Shown in pieces: positions 1 through 11,794 of a stretch of 51,560 nt of DNA; the stretch's first letter is position 1; each line of letters starts with the position of its first letter. The translations under genes and the position numbers were made by a program. Origin of the DNA: Octopus bimaculoides. Taxonomy: Eukaryota. The notes beneath the pieces are model-generated. The model was not told the origin of the DNA, did not search any database, and saw nothing but the letters and a program-made list of their open reading frames with translations. The stretch spans positions 14,419,216-14,470,775 of the forward strand of contig NC_068982.1 of NCBI RefSeq assembly GCF_001194135.2, written 5' to 3'.

Positions 1-815
1 GATGATGTATATATTTATGTTTATATATATATGTATGTATATATGCACTTTTTAATTTTTATTTATTTGGGTTTTTTTTTTTTTTTTTTGACTACATTAT
101 TAATTAAAAACAACTAGAAAAATACCGATTTGTGAAGTAGTAGAAACTAGATGTATTTGTTGTATCTTAACTTTCTGTCTTCGGCGAAATTAAAATTAAA
201 AAACAAAAACAACAATGGCAGCAATGGGTAAGAAGAGAGACAAAAAAAAGTGCAGCACAAAGAAGGACGGTCTGCTGGTGGTGGTGGTGGTGGTGGTGGT
301 GGTGAAAATGATGAGGACAGTGGTAACAATGGTGACAATGGTTAATGACAACAATGATGATAATGATGATGAAGATGATGATAATGATAACAATCTCAGT
401 GAAAGTCGTATAAACAATTACGGTGACTGTGAGCAGAACGAGGGGGGGGGCAACAGTGATTACAATACAAATGATAATAGACAAATTAAAAAAAAAAATT
501 ATAATGAGGAAGAATAAAGATGAAGACATTAAATTTATAATAACGGTTATGATTTCTAACTATGGCATATGGTCACATATTTTTAAGGAAAAAATAGTTG
601 ATTATGCAGATTAGATTATTTAGCTCGTTCTTATTTTAACTACTTTGGAATAAAGAAAAGTAAAGTTGAGCCGAAGGGATTTTGAACCCAAAAGAAAAGA
701 TAACCCCTTTAGATATTTATAGGGACCACTCAGAAAACTCAGCTATGACAATGACAAGGATACAAAGTTGGGTAAAAATTGTGAAATCAATTTAAGCAAT
801 CCCCAAACTGAAATT

Positions 816-1101
816 ATCATCATCATCATCGTCGTTTAATGTCTGCTTTCCATGCTGGTATGGATTGGACGGTTTGACTGAGGACTGGCAAGCCAGGAGG
901 CTGCACCAGGCTCCAATCTGATCTGGCAATGTTTCTACAGCTGGATGCCCTTCCTAATGCCAGCCACTCCGAGAGTGTAGTGGGTGTTTTTGGGTGCCAT
1001 CGGCATGAAGGCCAGTCAGGCGGTACTGGCAACGGCCACAGTTGAATTGTTCTTTTTATGTGCCACTGGCATGGGAGCCAGTCAGGTGGCACTGGCATCG
1101 A
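816..1101 (-). mobile_element. Family A non-autonomous retroposon, 5'-truncated, (GAT)n tail
   Basis: Reverse complement ends ...CCATGCTAGCATGGAAAGCGGACGTTAAACGATGATG-like and contains GGAAGGGCATCCAGCTGTAGAAAC; same sequence recurs about 10 times in the window. Confidence 0.9.
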
Positions 1102-1111
1102 CTTACTGAAG

Positions 1112-1258
1112 ATAGTGAGGTGGCAGAACCGTTAGTATGTCAGGTAAAATGCTTAATGGCATTTTGTCTGAGTTTACATTCTAAATTCAGATGCCATTAG
1201 GGTTGACCTTGCCCTTCATAGTACCAGGGGTCAATGAACACTGGGGTTGATGTAATGG
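1112..1258 (+). mobile_element. Family C SINE, degenerate
   Basis: GGCAGAACCGTTAG...ATGCTTA...GGTTGACCTTGCCCTTCAT...CACTGGGGTTGATGTAAT matches better copies at 48645 and 46574. Confidence 0.75.
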
Positions 1259-1284
1259 CAATGATGAGGATGATGATGATGATG

Positions 1285-1319
<35 letters not shown>

Positions 1320-1353
1320 GAAGATAATGATGAGGATGTTGATGAAGAAGATA

Positions 1354-1406
<53 letters not shown>

Positions 1407-1559
1407 GAAGATAATGATGATGATGATGATGACGATGATGACGATGACGATGATGATGGTGATGATGGTGATGAATAAGAAGACAATGAAGATGTTGATG
1501 ATGAAGAAGATAATGATGGTGATGAAGTTGATGAGGATGATGATGATGATGATAATGGC

Positions 1560-1592
<33 letters not shown>

Positions 1593-1670
1593 GGTGATTA
1601 TAATGATGATGATGAGGATGTTGATGATGATGGTTGTGGTGGTATTGGTAGTGGTGATGATGAATTGTTA
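1257..1670. repeat. (GAT)n-rich microsatellite
   Basis: About 410 bp of imperfect GAT/GGT triplets; source of the poly-M and poly-S ORFs. Confidence 0.97.
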
Positions 1671-1714
1671 TGTAATCAAAGACTTATGACAGAGAGGAAC
1701 GGAAATGTCATTAT

Positions 1715-2092
1715 TTTATTCTTTTAGCTGCTTCAGTCAGTCGACTGTGTCCATGCTGGAGCAGCGCCTTTAGTCGAACGAAATGACCCCAGCACTTATT
1801 CTTTGTAAGCCTAGTACTTATTGTATCACTCCCTTTTGCCAAACCGCTAAGTTACGAAGGCGTAAACACACCACATCGGTTATCGAACTATGGTGGTGGA
1901 ACAAGCAAACACACACACACACATATATATATATGATGGGCTTCTTTCAGTTTCCGTCTACCATATCCACTCACAAGGCTTTGTTCGACCCGAGAGTATA
2001 GTAGAATACACTTGACAAAGTACCACGCAGTGGGACTGAACCCGAAACCATCTGGTTGGGAAGCAAGCTTCTTACCACACAGCCATGCTCAT
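1715..2092 (-). mobile_element. Family B tRNA-head CORE-like SINE, near full length
   Basis: On minus strand: TGGCTGTGTGG A-box, GGTTCAGTCCC B-box, degenerate CTTGGGCAAGTG-type CORE-like block, internal (TA)/(TG) tract, tail ...CCAGCATGG...GACTGAA. Confidence 0.9.
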
Positions 2093-2459
2093 GCTTTTGT
2101 CAATTAGTGCTCAGAACCAAATGAGCCAAATCCATGAAGAATATCATTTAATGTGGGTTACATAATACAATCATAAAATAATTGCGTTTTAGTGAGTGAT
2201 GAAGATTAATGATAGACCAAAGAAAAATTAAGACAATTTAGTTTTAAACTGAATATAAGACAGGATTAAGCTTTCCTGATAAGATGATGTGTTCTTGAGA
2301 ACATTTGACCTTAAGTAGTGATGAAAGCTAACGAGAAACCAAAGGAAAGAATGCGGAAGATGTAGTTTTAAACTGAATATTAGAAAGTTAATACCTTCTA
2401 GGTTGAGATTTGTATATGATGAACTTGTCCAATGCTAGAAGAATGAAGCAGATATTAGA

Positions 2460-3115
2460 ATGATGGTGGTGGTGGTGGTTTTGGTGGTGGTGGTGATAAT
2501 GGTGGTGGTGGTGGTGGTGGTGGTGATAATGGTGGTGGTGGTGGTGNNNNNNNNNNNNNNNNNNNNNNNNNNNNNNNNNNNNNNNNNNNNNNNNNNNNNN
2601 NNNNNNNNNNNNNNNNNNNNNNNNNNNNNNNNNNNNNNNNNNNNNNNNNNNNNNNNNNNNNNNNNNNNNNNNNNNNNNNNNNNNNNNNNNNNNNNNNNNN
2701 NNNNNNNNNNNNNNNNNNNNNNNNNNNNNNNNNNNNNNNNNNNNNNNNNNNNNNNNNNNNNNNNNNNNNNNNNNNNNNNNNNNNNNNNNNNNNNNNNNNN
2801 NNNNNNNNNNNNNNNNNNNNNNNNNNNNNNNNNNNNNNNNNNNNNNNNNNNNNNNNNNNNNNNNNNNNNNNNNNNNNNNNNNNNNNNNGTGGTGGTGGTG
2901 GTGCTGGTGCTGGTGCTGGTGCTGGTGCTGGTGCTGGTTTTGATAGTGGTGGTGGTGGTGGTGGTGGTGGTGATGGTGGTAATGGTGGTGCTGGCAATGA
3001 TGGCAGCAGCAGTGGTGGTTGTCGTGGCAGTGATGATGGTAGTGGTAGTGGTGGTGATGATGATGACGATAATGACCACAATGACAGTGATGACATTGAT
3101 GATGATGATGATGTA
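2460..3115. repeat. (GGT)n/(GAT)n microsatellite spanning an assembly gap
   Basis: Triplet repeats on both sides of N-run 2547-2888. Confidence 0.95.
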
Positions 3116-3470
3116 GACATAAAGGCACTTTTTCTTTCATTAGAATCGTTTTTCTTTTTCCCCCAGTTGTCCACTTGCAATGACCACATGCTTTTTTCTT
3201 ACTTCCTTTCTCATTTTTTTTTTTCTGGCCTCTTAAATATTTTTCACAACAACATAATGAAAAAAAAGAACAAAACAAAAAAAAAACATTTCAATAAAAG
3301 TGAGTCACACATTTATAATAATGAGCCATGATTACTTTTAGAACACAGAATGTAATTCGTAGAAAGCCTCAAAGCTGTAGGTTCACAGCCTCATAATCTA
3401 TAAATAGACGGACAGAAAAATAAAGTTTCAGAGAATTGTACGCTGAGAGCAAAAGTTAACAAGTTGAAAT

Positions 3471-3694
3471 ATTTTCAAGGAATGTTTAACAAGAAGAATT
3501 TCAGTATTTGAAGAGAACTACATACAGCAGAGTAAGAAACAGAATATATTCAAACATTTTAAATCAATGAAATGTTTTGCCGTGTTTTTTTTTTTCTTCA
3601 TTCCCTTTTTACTTCCACTCTTTTCTACTTTTTTAATAATGTACATCAAACAAAACTGGAGAAGATATACTGGGATTCTTTTATCCTCTTCCTT
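3471..3694 (+). repeat. Direct repeat copy 1 (~225 bp), partner at 4345-4573
   Basis: ATTTTCAAG...AACAAGAAGAATTTC...CCTCTTCCTT, about 90% identical to 4345-4573 by eye alignment. Confidence 0.92.
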
Positions 3695-4344
3695 CATCCT
3701 CCTCATCATCATCATCATTGTTTAGCGTCCGCTTTCCATGCTAGCATCGGTTGGACGATTTGACTGAGGACTGGTGAACCGGATGGCTGCACCAGGCTCC
3801 AATCTGATTTGGCAGAATTTCTACAGCTGGATGCCCTTCCTAACGCCAACCACTCCGAGAGTGTAGTGGGTGCTTTTACATGCCACTGATACGAGGGCCA
3901 GTCATGCGGTACTGGCAACGGCCACGCTCAAAATGGTGTTTTTTACGTGCCACCTGCACAGGAGCCAGTCCAGTGGCACTGGCAACGACCTCGCTCAAAT
4001 GATTTTCTAAATGTACCAGTAAAGCGACACTGGTAACGATCATGCTCAAATGGTGCTATTTACGTGCCACTAGCACAGAAGCCAGACATCTGCTCTAGCA
4101 ATGATCCTACTTGGACAGTGCTGTTAGTGTTCCACTGGCACAGGTGCCAGTCATCAAATATGGTTCAATTACGATTTCGATTTTACTTTCCCCAACAGGT
4201 CTTCGCAAGCAGAGTTTAGTGTCCAATGAAGGAGAGGTTGGCATGGATGCCAGTCGTCGAATTTGGTTTGATTTCAATTTCAAATTCACTTGCCCCAACA
4301 GGTCTTTGCAAGCAGAGTTTAGTGTCCAATGAAGTAAAGTTACG
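3695..4344 (-). mobile_element. Family A retroposon, longest copy, with ~65-bp internal tandem units
   Basis: Tail at 3695-3718, family A 3' body, repeated GCCAGT..GGCACTGGCAACG..GCTCAAA units, duplicated AGAGTTTAGTGTCCAATGAAG block near the 5' end. Confidence 0.9.
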
Positions 4345-4573
4345 ATTTTCAAGAAATGTTTAACAAGAAGAATTTCCGTATTTGAAGAGAATTACATACA
4401 GCAGAGTAAGAAACAGAATATATTCAACCATTTTAAATCAATGAAATGCTTTGTCATGTTTTTTTCTTCATTCTCTTTTTACTTTCACACTTTTTCACTT
4501 TTTTAATAATGTACATCAAACAAAACTAAAACTGGAGAAGATAGACTGGGTTTTTTGTTTTGTCCTCTTCCTT
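4345..4573 (+). repeat. Direct repeat copy 2
   Basis: See 3471-3694. Confidence 0.92.
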
Positions 4574-4764
4574 ATTTATCAATATGCTACTATTGTTTAA
4601 ATTTATCTGATGTATATTAATAAAGAGAAGGGGGAAAATAAAGAAAAAGAGGGGTCAAAATGGGGATGAAAGGAAAAAGCATGACAAAATATTTTATTGA
4701 TTAAAAATATTTCAATTTATTATGTTTTGTGCTTTATTTTATGTCGTTCGCTTCAAATACCTTT

Positions 4765-5128
4765 TATCTGTTACCTGTTTCAGTGATTAGACTGTGGCCA
4801 TGCCGGGGCATTGCTTTGAATAATTTCAAACAAATCAACCCCAGGTACTTACTTTATTGGCCTCTTTTGCTGAACTTTTAAGTTGTGGGGATGTAAACAT
4901 ACCAACACCAGTTATCAAGTGATGGTGGGGGACAAACACAGCCACAAAGACACAAATACACACACTCACACACACATTGGGTTTCTTTCAGTTTCCATCT
5001 ATCAAGTTCACTCACAAGGCCTTGGTCAGCTTGAGGCTATAGTAGAAGACACTTTCCTAAGGTGCCACACAGTGGGACTGAACCTGGAACCAGGTGGCCG
5101 GAAAGCAGACTTCTTACCACACAGCCAT
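4765..5128 (-). mobile_element. Family B SINE
   Basis: Head, CORE-like block and tail all recognisable against the 25455 and 40495 copies. Confidence 0.88.
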
Positions 5129-5238
5129 ACCTGCACCTACATGATGAAACTGAGATGGAAAGTTTATATAATCTAACAAACCAACCGTGGTACTTATTCG
5201 AAGACACACAAAGACACATGCATATAAACAGACAAGAC

Positions 5239-5332
5239 GGAGCCTAATGTAACTCCCTGGCTTGCCAGCACCTATCAAACTGTCCAACCCATGCCAGCAT
5301 GGAAAACAGATATTGAATGATGATAATGAGGA
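5239..5332 (+). mobile_element. Family A 3' fragment
   Basis: TCAAACTGTCCAACCCATGCCAGCATGGAAAACAGATATTGAATGATGAT. Confidence 0.8.
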
Positions 5333-5344
5333 TATATATATACA

Positions 5345-5495
5345 TATATACAACAGGCTTCTTTCAGTTTCTGTGAGCCAAATCCACTCACAAGGCTGTA
5401 GTAAAAGACACTTACTCAAGGTGACACACAGTGGGACTGAACCCAGAGTCATGCAACTGAGAAGCAAATTTGTTCCCACCCAGCTACACAAACAC
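5345..5495 (-). mobile_element. Family B SINE 5' half
   Basis: GGCTTCTTTCAGTTTC...CCACTCACAAGGC...AGTGGGACTGAACCC. Confidence 0.82.
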
Positions 5496-5724
5496 CTATA
5501 ATACGCAGGGCTTTTGTTTCCTTCCTTATTTACCAATACATAGCTATTTTTAAAAATCATATAAAGTTTCAATCTTAATTTCATCATACATCACTCTGTA
5601 TTACATATGATATTTTAGTCACTACGCAATAGAATCCAAAACTAAATCTTGGCTGCATAAAAGTTGGCCATTAAAGGAATCAATATCTTGCGTCAAAAAT
5701 AATACAAAAGCAGATCATTATTTT

Positions 5725-5725
5725 T

Positions 5726-5799
<74 letters not shown>

Positions 5800-5840
5800 T
5801 GTTGTTGTTGTTGTTGTTGTTATTATTATCATTATTATTT
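5725..5840. repeat. (ATC)n-(GTT)n-(ATT)n compound microsatellite
   Basis: Direct reading. Confidence 0.97.
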
Positions 5841-6183
5841 TTATACTCTTGTTGTGCGTTGTTAATCTGGAGATTTCCATGAAGGTAGTTTACTGTAATA
5901 TTCAAATGCTTTCTAGAATATAGTTTGCAATACTTAGAAAAACACAAATTAAAATATGTAAGTATNNNNNNNNNNNNNNNNNNNNNNNNNNNNNNNNNNN
6001 NNNNNNNNNNNNNNNNNNNNNNNNNNNNNNNNNNNNNNNNNNNNNNNNNNNNNNNNNNNNNNNNNNNNNNNNNNNNNNNNNNNNNNNNNNNNNNNNNNNN
6101 NNNNNNNNNNNNNNNNNNNNNNNNNNNNNNNNNNNNNNNNNNNNNNNNNNNNNNNNNNNNNNNNNNNNNNNNNNNNNNNNNNN

Positions 6184-6204
6184 TATATATATATATATAT
6201 ATAT

Positions 6205-6281
<77 letters not shown>

Positions 6282-6610
6282 TAGATATATATATATATAT
6301 GTGCTATTCTTAGCAACGTAGCGTTTTCAGTAGAAGATAAAATTAATTATCATGCTAGATTAAATGGCATACTGGATTATTTTCTGAGTCGATCTGGTAA
6401 ATGTAAAAATGCTATCAAAATAGAGTATACATACATTACATTACATACATTAATACATGTACATACATACATTACATTAGATTCATGCCTTACTTACGTA
6501 CATACATACATACATACATGCATACATACATACATACATGCATACATACATACATACATACATACATACATACATACATACATACATACATACATGCGTA
6601 CATGTATTGT
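6184..6610. repeat. (TA)n/(TAGA)n and (TACA)n microsatellite cluster
   Basis: Direct reading; tracts at about 6184-6300 and 6430-6610. Confidence 0.9.
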
Positions 6611-8214
6611 ATGATGTTGAAATGTAATGGAAAACACTGATGGAAATTGAATCTGAAATTATGATAAATATGTCAATAAATATAGTTTTAAGGAAGTTGT
6701 TTTATTTATTTACCTCCGGAATAAACCTGAAAGGGAATCAATTTTCTGATACACAATTTTTAATGCTAGATTCACTAATGATGTTGTTGACAATAGAGGC
6801 TTTGCAAATGATGTTATTTTCATCTTGTTGGATTTCATCTTTAAAAAAAATTTAGCATTTTGTACAAAATACAAAATTAATGCTTCATGAGATGCAAAGG
6901 AAGTTATTATGGTTTTTTTTCCTTTCATTTTTTTCTTTTATTATTTTTATATTTTTATTATATTTTCTTTTCCATTTAGAAGATTTATAATTCTTCAATA
7001 TGATATCAAAGCTTTTGCCGAAAATTACCGAATTCTTTAATATACTATTATATAACTTTTTGAAAAATAGCTAAAATTTATATTGATGCCTTTCATTGTA
7101 TTGAAGTAATATAAAATAATAGTTGATGCTAAATTCGTTGTAGAAATAAAACAATAAACTCTACAAAAAGCTTGAATATATTTATTTATATAGTACATTA
7201 GACAGAGTATGTGCTTTGCTTTGAGGCTATATATATTTTTTTTTTCCAATTATAACTTTTTTGCACAATGTTTGCAATGATGAAACCACAGTTATGTCTA
7301 AAATAAAACCAACCACTTTGAAAGAAAGCAATTAAAAAAAAAAGTAAGATTAAAACTAATTTACACTTGTTTATCAACTACTAACAAAATTTTGTCAGAG
7401 GTGTGTGGAATGTTTTTTGAATTTAGCAAATGTGTAGTATGATTTATAAAGCAACCAAATTGTAAGAAAACATTTCTAGTACCCCAAATTCACATCTATA
7501 CTGCAAGCTATATTTAATTTGTAAGACAATGACATTTGTTTTCATTCTATTTTAGTCTTTTTACATTTATTGCCTATTTTTTTTTATTTACCCATTATTT
7601 GTGTTTTGCCTCAAGATTTCAAAACTTTTCTGGAAACAGTAAAACTGAGAAGAAAAAAATGTATATATAAATAGATAAATAATTAAATAATAAATTTTTT
7701 TTTTTTTTTTTGTTAAATTGCAAAGAAATCGTGAATTCTATTTAAACACAGCAGTCTGTGAAAATTTGAAAATAAATGCTGATAACAGTGTTACTCTGAA
7801 TAGGTTTACAATTCTGAAAGTGATAAAGATAATTCATAGTCAAGTATAGGATATAGTTGCTATTTAAAGAAAAGGCAGCAGAGGGGAGATGCAAGGAAAG
7901 TAGATAAAGAGAGATAAAGAGAGAGAGAGACAGAGAGAGAGAGAGACAGAGAGAGAGAAAGAGAGAGACAGAGACAGAGACAGAGAGAAAGGGAGAGCGT
8001 AAAAAATAAAAATCAATATACTGTGCAAGTTGTCTTATAAATGCCAGAATATATGAAAGAAGAATTTATCAAACCTTTAACTCTCAAAGGAATTTACCAA
8101 AGATCAATGGTCTAATGCTTTTTAGTGACCTTTATGAAGATAATATTAAAAACTCAATGGAACACAAATATATTATTTTCCATTCTAATAATGGATAAAT
8201 TCTGTATGGTTTGG

Positions 8215-8400
8215 TTTAGATTTGTATGGTAATGCTGTTGGTAAAAGAAGAACTGTAATGAGTACAATTTGTTGGATGTGCAAGGTAAATTTGAAATACA
8301 GATCAGGATGGATGTTTGAAGAAGGAATGTGAATACGTATGAGAAGAATCTGTTTGTGAATGAAAGAAAGAGAAGAAGATTGGTATTAAAAATACAAGAA
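8215..8400 (+). mobile_element. Highly degenerate LINE (probably RTE) ORF2 3' remnant
   Basis: Purine-rich segment resembling the G.R..GRP...W and WR motif region of RTE ORF2; no intact frame. Confidence 0.3.
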
Positions 8401-8599
8401 AATGCATAGAAGATTTAATTTGGTGACTATTAAAATTAAGCAGATCAGAGATAAAATTGCTTTTTTTATTGAAAATCAACTGCCGGCATCAGATTATTTC
8501 AAAGCTTGAGTAATTGTAGAAATTCTAGAGAAATTCTTGAAACAAAAATGCATTGTGGGTAGCAAAGAGTGTAGTTACTTCACAATTTTCTGCCTATAC

Positions 8600-9212
8600 T
8601 CTTTACTCTTTTCTTTTACTCTTTTACTTGTTTCAGTCATTTGACTGTGGCCATGCTGGAGCACCACCTTTAGTCGAGCAAATCGACCCCAGGACTTATA
8701 TCTTTGTAAGCCTAGTACTTATTCTATCGGCCTCTTTTGCTGAACCGCTAAGTTACAGGGACGGAAACACACCAGTTGTCACGCGATGTTGGGGGGACAA
8801 ACAGACACACAAACATACNNNNNNNNNNNNNNNNNNNNNNNNNNNNNNNNNNNNNNNNNNNNNNNNNNNNNNNNNNNNNNNNNNNNNNNNNNNNNNNNNN
8901 NNNNNNNNNNNNNNNNNNNNNNNNNNNNNNNNNNNNNNNNNNNNNNNNNNNNNNNNNNNNNNNNNNNNNNNNNNNNNNNNNNNNNNNNNNNNNNNNNNNN
9001 NNNNNNNNNNNNNNNNNNNNNNNATATATATATATATATATATACATATAAATATATACGACGGGTTTCTTTCAGTTTCCGTTCACCAAATCCACTCACA
9101 AGGCTTTGGTCAGCCCGAGGCTATAGTAGAAGACACTTACCCAAGGTGCCACGGAGTGGGACTGAACCCGGAACTATGTGGCCGGAAAGCAGACTTCTTA
9201 CCACACAGCCAC
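8600..9212 (-). mobile_element. Family B SINE, full length, gap in internal microsatellite
   Basis: (TTTTACTC) tail at 8600-8630, 3' body, N-run, then 5' half ending CCACACAGCCAC. Confidence 0.92.
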
Positions 9213-9933
9213 ATACATGCATATGCTCATATATCATTTGTATTATTATATTATCGAATGCGACGCGTCCATTTGCAAGTAAGTTTCAACTTGTATATAC
9301 CTATGTATATATGCCTGCTCGTATGTATGTATGTATGTATGTGTGTATGTATGTGTGTATGTATGCATGTATGCATGCATCTTATTTTTGATCTTTTAAA
9401 TTCTTCTTCTAAAGAAGGTGCTGGTTTCTAACAGAGATACAAAGCTCCATCTTTGGAATGTAGATAATGAAAACAATGTCACATCTTAAATCCAAGAAAA
9501 GTCTTGCATGGTTTTACTCTTCCACTCACAGACTGTGTTGGTAATGTGCAAATCAGTCGGTTGATTTCTTTTCCTGAATATCTGAGCTTATCTAGACTGA
9601 CAGTTAAGCATTTACTTACAAAATCAAGTGCTCCAATCATTATTGGTATAAATGTAAATTTGTAATCCAGATATAGAAGCTGGAGATTCTGAAGCAGTTG
9701 TCCATAGTTATCTTCTTTTTCTCTTTGATTTTGAAGGAGATATGTATGTATGTATGTATGTATGCAGGTAGGTAGGTAGGTAGGTAGTTAAGTAGGTAGG
9801 TAGATAAGTAGGTAGGTAGGCTGGTAGGTAGGTAACACTGATTTTATTAGTCTTTCTCACTGAAATTTACATTTTCCACTAAAGTACACACTCACACACA
9901 CACACACATACGCACACACACACACGCACGCAT

Positions 9934-9972
<39 letters not shown>

Positions 9973-10130
9973 ATGTAGAATAGTATAGTTAGCATTATTT
10001 TGGCTTTTAAAAAATAGTCAAAAACACACATATATATATATATATTCATATTTATATATGTATATGTATATATATATATATGTATATATATATCATATTA
10101 GAGGGATATATATATATGTATATATATCAT

Positions 10131-10276
10131 ATTAGAGGGAAAATCAAAACGAAGGCAGAACGAGTATCTCAAGTCATTTAGAATAATTTAATTAGGGTAA
10201 TTCACCTTACACTAATTAAATTATTCTAAATGACTTGAGATACTCATTCCGCCTTCGTTTTGCTTTCCACTCTAAT
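10131..10276. mobile_element. Fold-back (hairpin) element, 65-bp arms, 16-nt spacer, in (TA)n context
   Basis: 10131-10195 is the reverse complement of 10212-10276 with 5 mismatches; the inner 34 bp are perfect. Confidence 0.85.
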
Positions 10277-10420
10277 GTAATATATACCTGCTATAACACA
10301 ACCCTAACACGGATCCCTAGAGCCTGCCTCAGCTGTGAACTTGGAACCTAACAGACGACCAACTGTAGCACTTACTCAGCGTACCTATTTGTTAAGATCA
10401 CAAGTGAACTAAACCCCTAG

Positions 10421-10454
<34 letters not shown>

Positions 10455-11794
10455 NNNNNNNNNNNNNNNNNNNNNNNNNNNNNNNNNNNNNNNNNNNNNN
10501 NNNNNNNNNNNNNNNNNNNNNNNNNNNNNNNNNNNNNNNNNNNNNNNNNNNNNNNNNNNNNNNNNNNNNNNNNNNNNNNNNNNNNNNNNNNNNNNNNNNN
10601 NNNNNNNNNNNNNNNNNNNNNNNNNNNNNNNNNNNNNNNNNNNNNNNNNNNNNNNNNNNNNNNNNNNNNNNNNNNNNNNNNNNNNNNNNNNNNNNNNNNN
10701 NNNNNNNNNNNNNNNNNNNNNNNNNNNNNNNNNNNNNNNNNNNNNNNNNNNNNNNNNNNNNNNNNNNNNNNNNNNNNNNNNNNNNNNNNNNNNNNNNNNN
10801 NNNNNNNNNNNNNNNNNNNNNNNNNNNNNNNNNNNNNNNNNNNNNNNNNNNNNNNNNNNNNNNNNNNNNNNNNNNNNNNNNNNNNNNNNNNNNNNNNNNN
10901 NNNNNNNNNNNNNNNNNNNNNNNNNNNNNNNNNNNNNNNNNNNNNNNNNNNNNNNNNNNNNNNNNNNNNNNNNNNNNNNNNNNNNNNNNNNNNNNNNNNN
11001 NNNNNNNNNNNNNNNNNNNNNNNNNNNNNNNNNNNNNNNNNNNNNNNNNNNNNNNNNNNNNNNNNNNNNNNNNNNNNNNNNNNNNNNNNNNNNNNNNNNN
11101 NNNNNNNNNNNNNNNNNNNNNNNNNNNNNNNNNNNNNNNNNNNNNNNNNNNNNNNNNNNNNNNNNNNNNNNNNNNNNNNNNNNNNNNNNNNNNNNNNNNN
11201 NNNNNNNNNNNNNNNNNNNNNNNNNNNNNNNNNNNNNNNNNNNNNNNNNNNNNNNNNNNNNNNNNNNNNNNNNNNNNNNNNNNNNNNNNNNNNNNNNNNN
11301 NNNNNNNNNNNNNNNNNNNNNNNNNNNNNNNNNNNNNNNNNNNNNNNNNNNNNNNNNNNNNNNNNNNNNNNNNNNNNNNNNNNNNNNNNNNNNNNNNNNN
11401 NNNGAAAGAAAAAATTATTAAGAATAAAAGGTTAAACTTTATATATATATATACAAAGTTTTGATTTTAAAAAAACTTTAACGATATTATAAACTATAAA
11501 GATTAGTAATTAATCAAATAATATTAATCAAAAATAATCGAAAATATATCAACACTATTCCAATCGAAGTTCTAATATTATGTTGAAATGAAACTATAAC
11601 TTCTAAATAATATAGTGTTAAATAAGTTATCTATTAAAATAATCTATAAAGAATCAAATGAATAGTATAAAAACAAGAATACATATTATTTTCAAATAGT
11701 AGAAAATCTTTAGCAAAGTGAAAACAGTACTTATCCAAATTTTTCCGTAAATATGACAGGAGTAATGGGTTATATGCATTTATTTATCTATTAT

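Noticed and set aside
885-915. CTGAGGA-CTGG-CAAG-CCAG in the antisense of family A as a hammerhead
   Set aside because: It is followed by GAGG rather than GAAA, and other copies do not conserve a core geometry
3880-4150. CRISPR-like array in the ~65-bp internal repeats of family A (also 44590-44800)
   Set aside because: Units are contiguous degenerate tandem repeats without unique spacers, inside a eukaryotic retroposon
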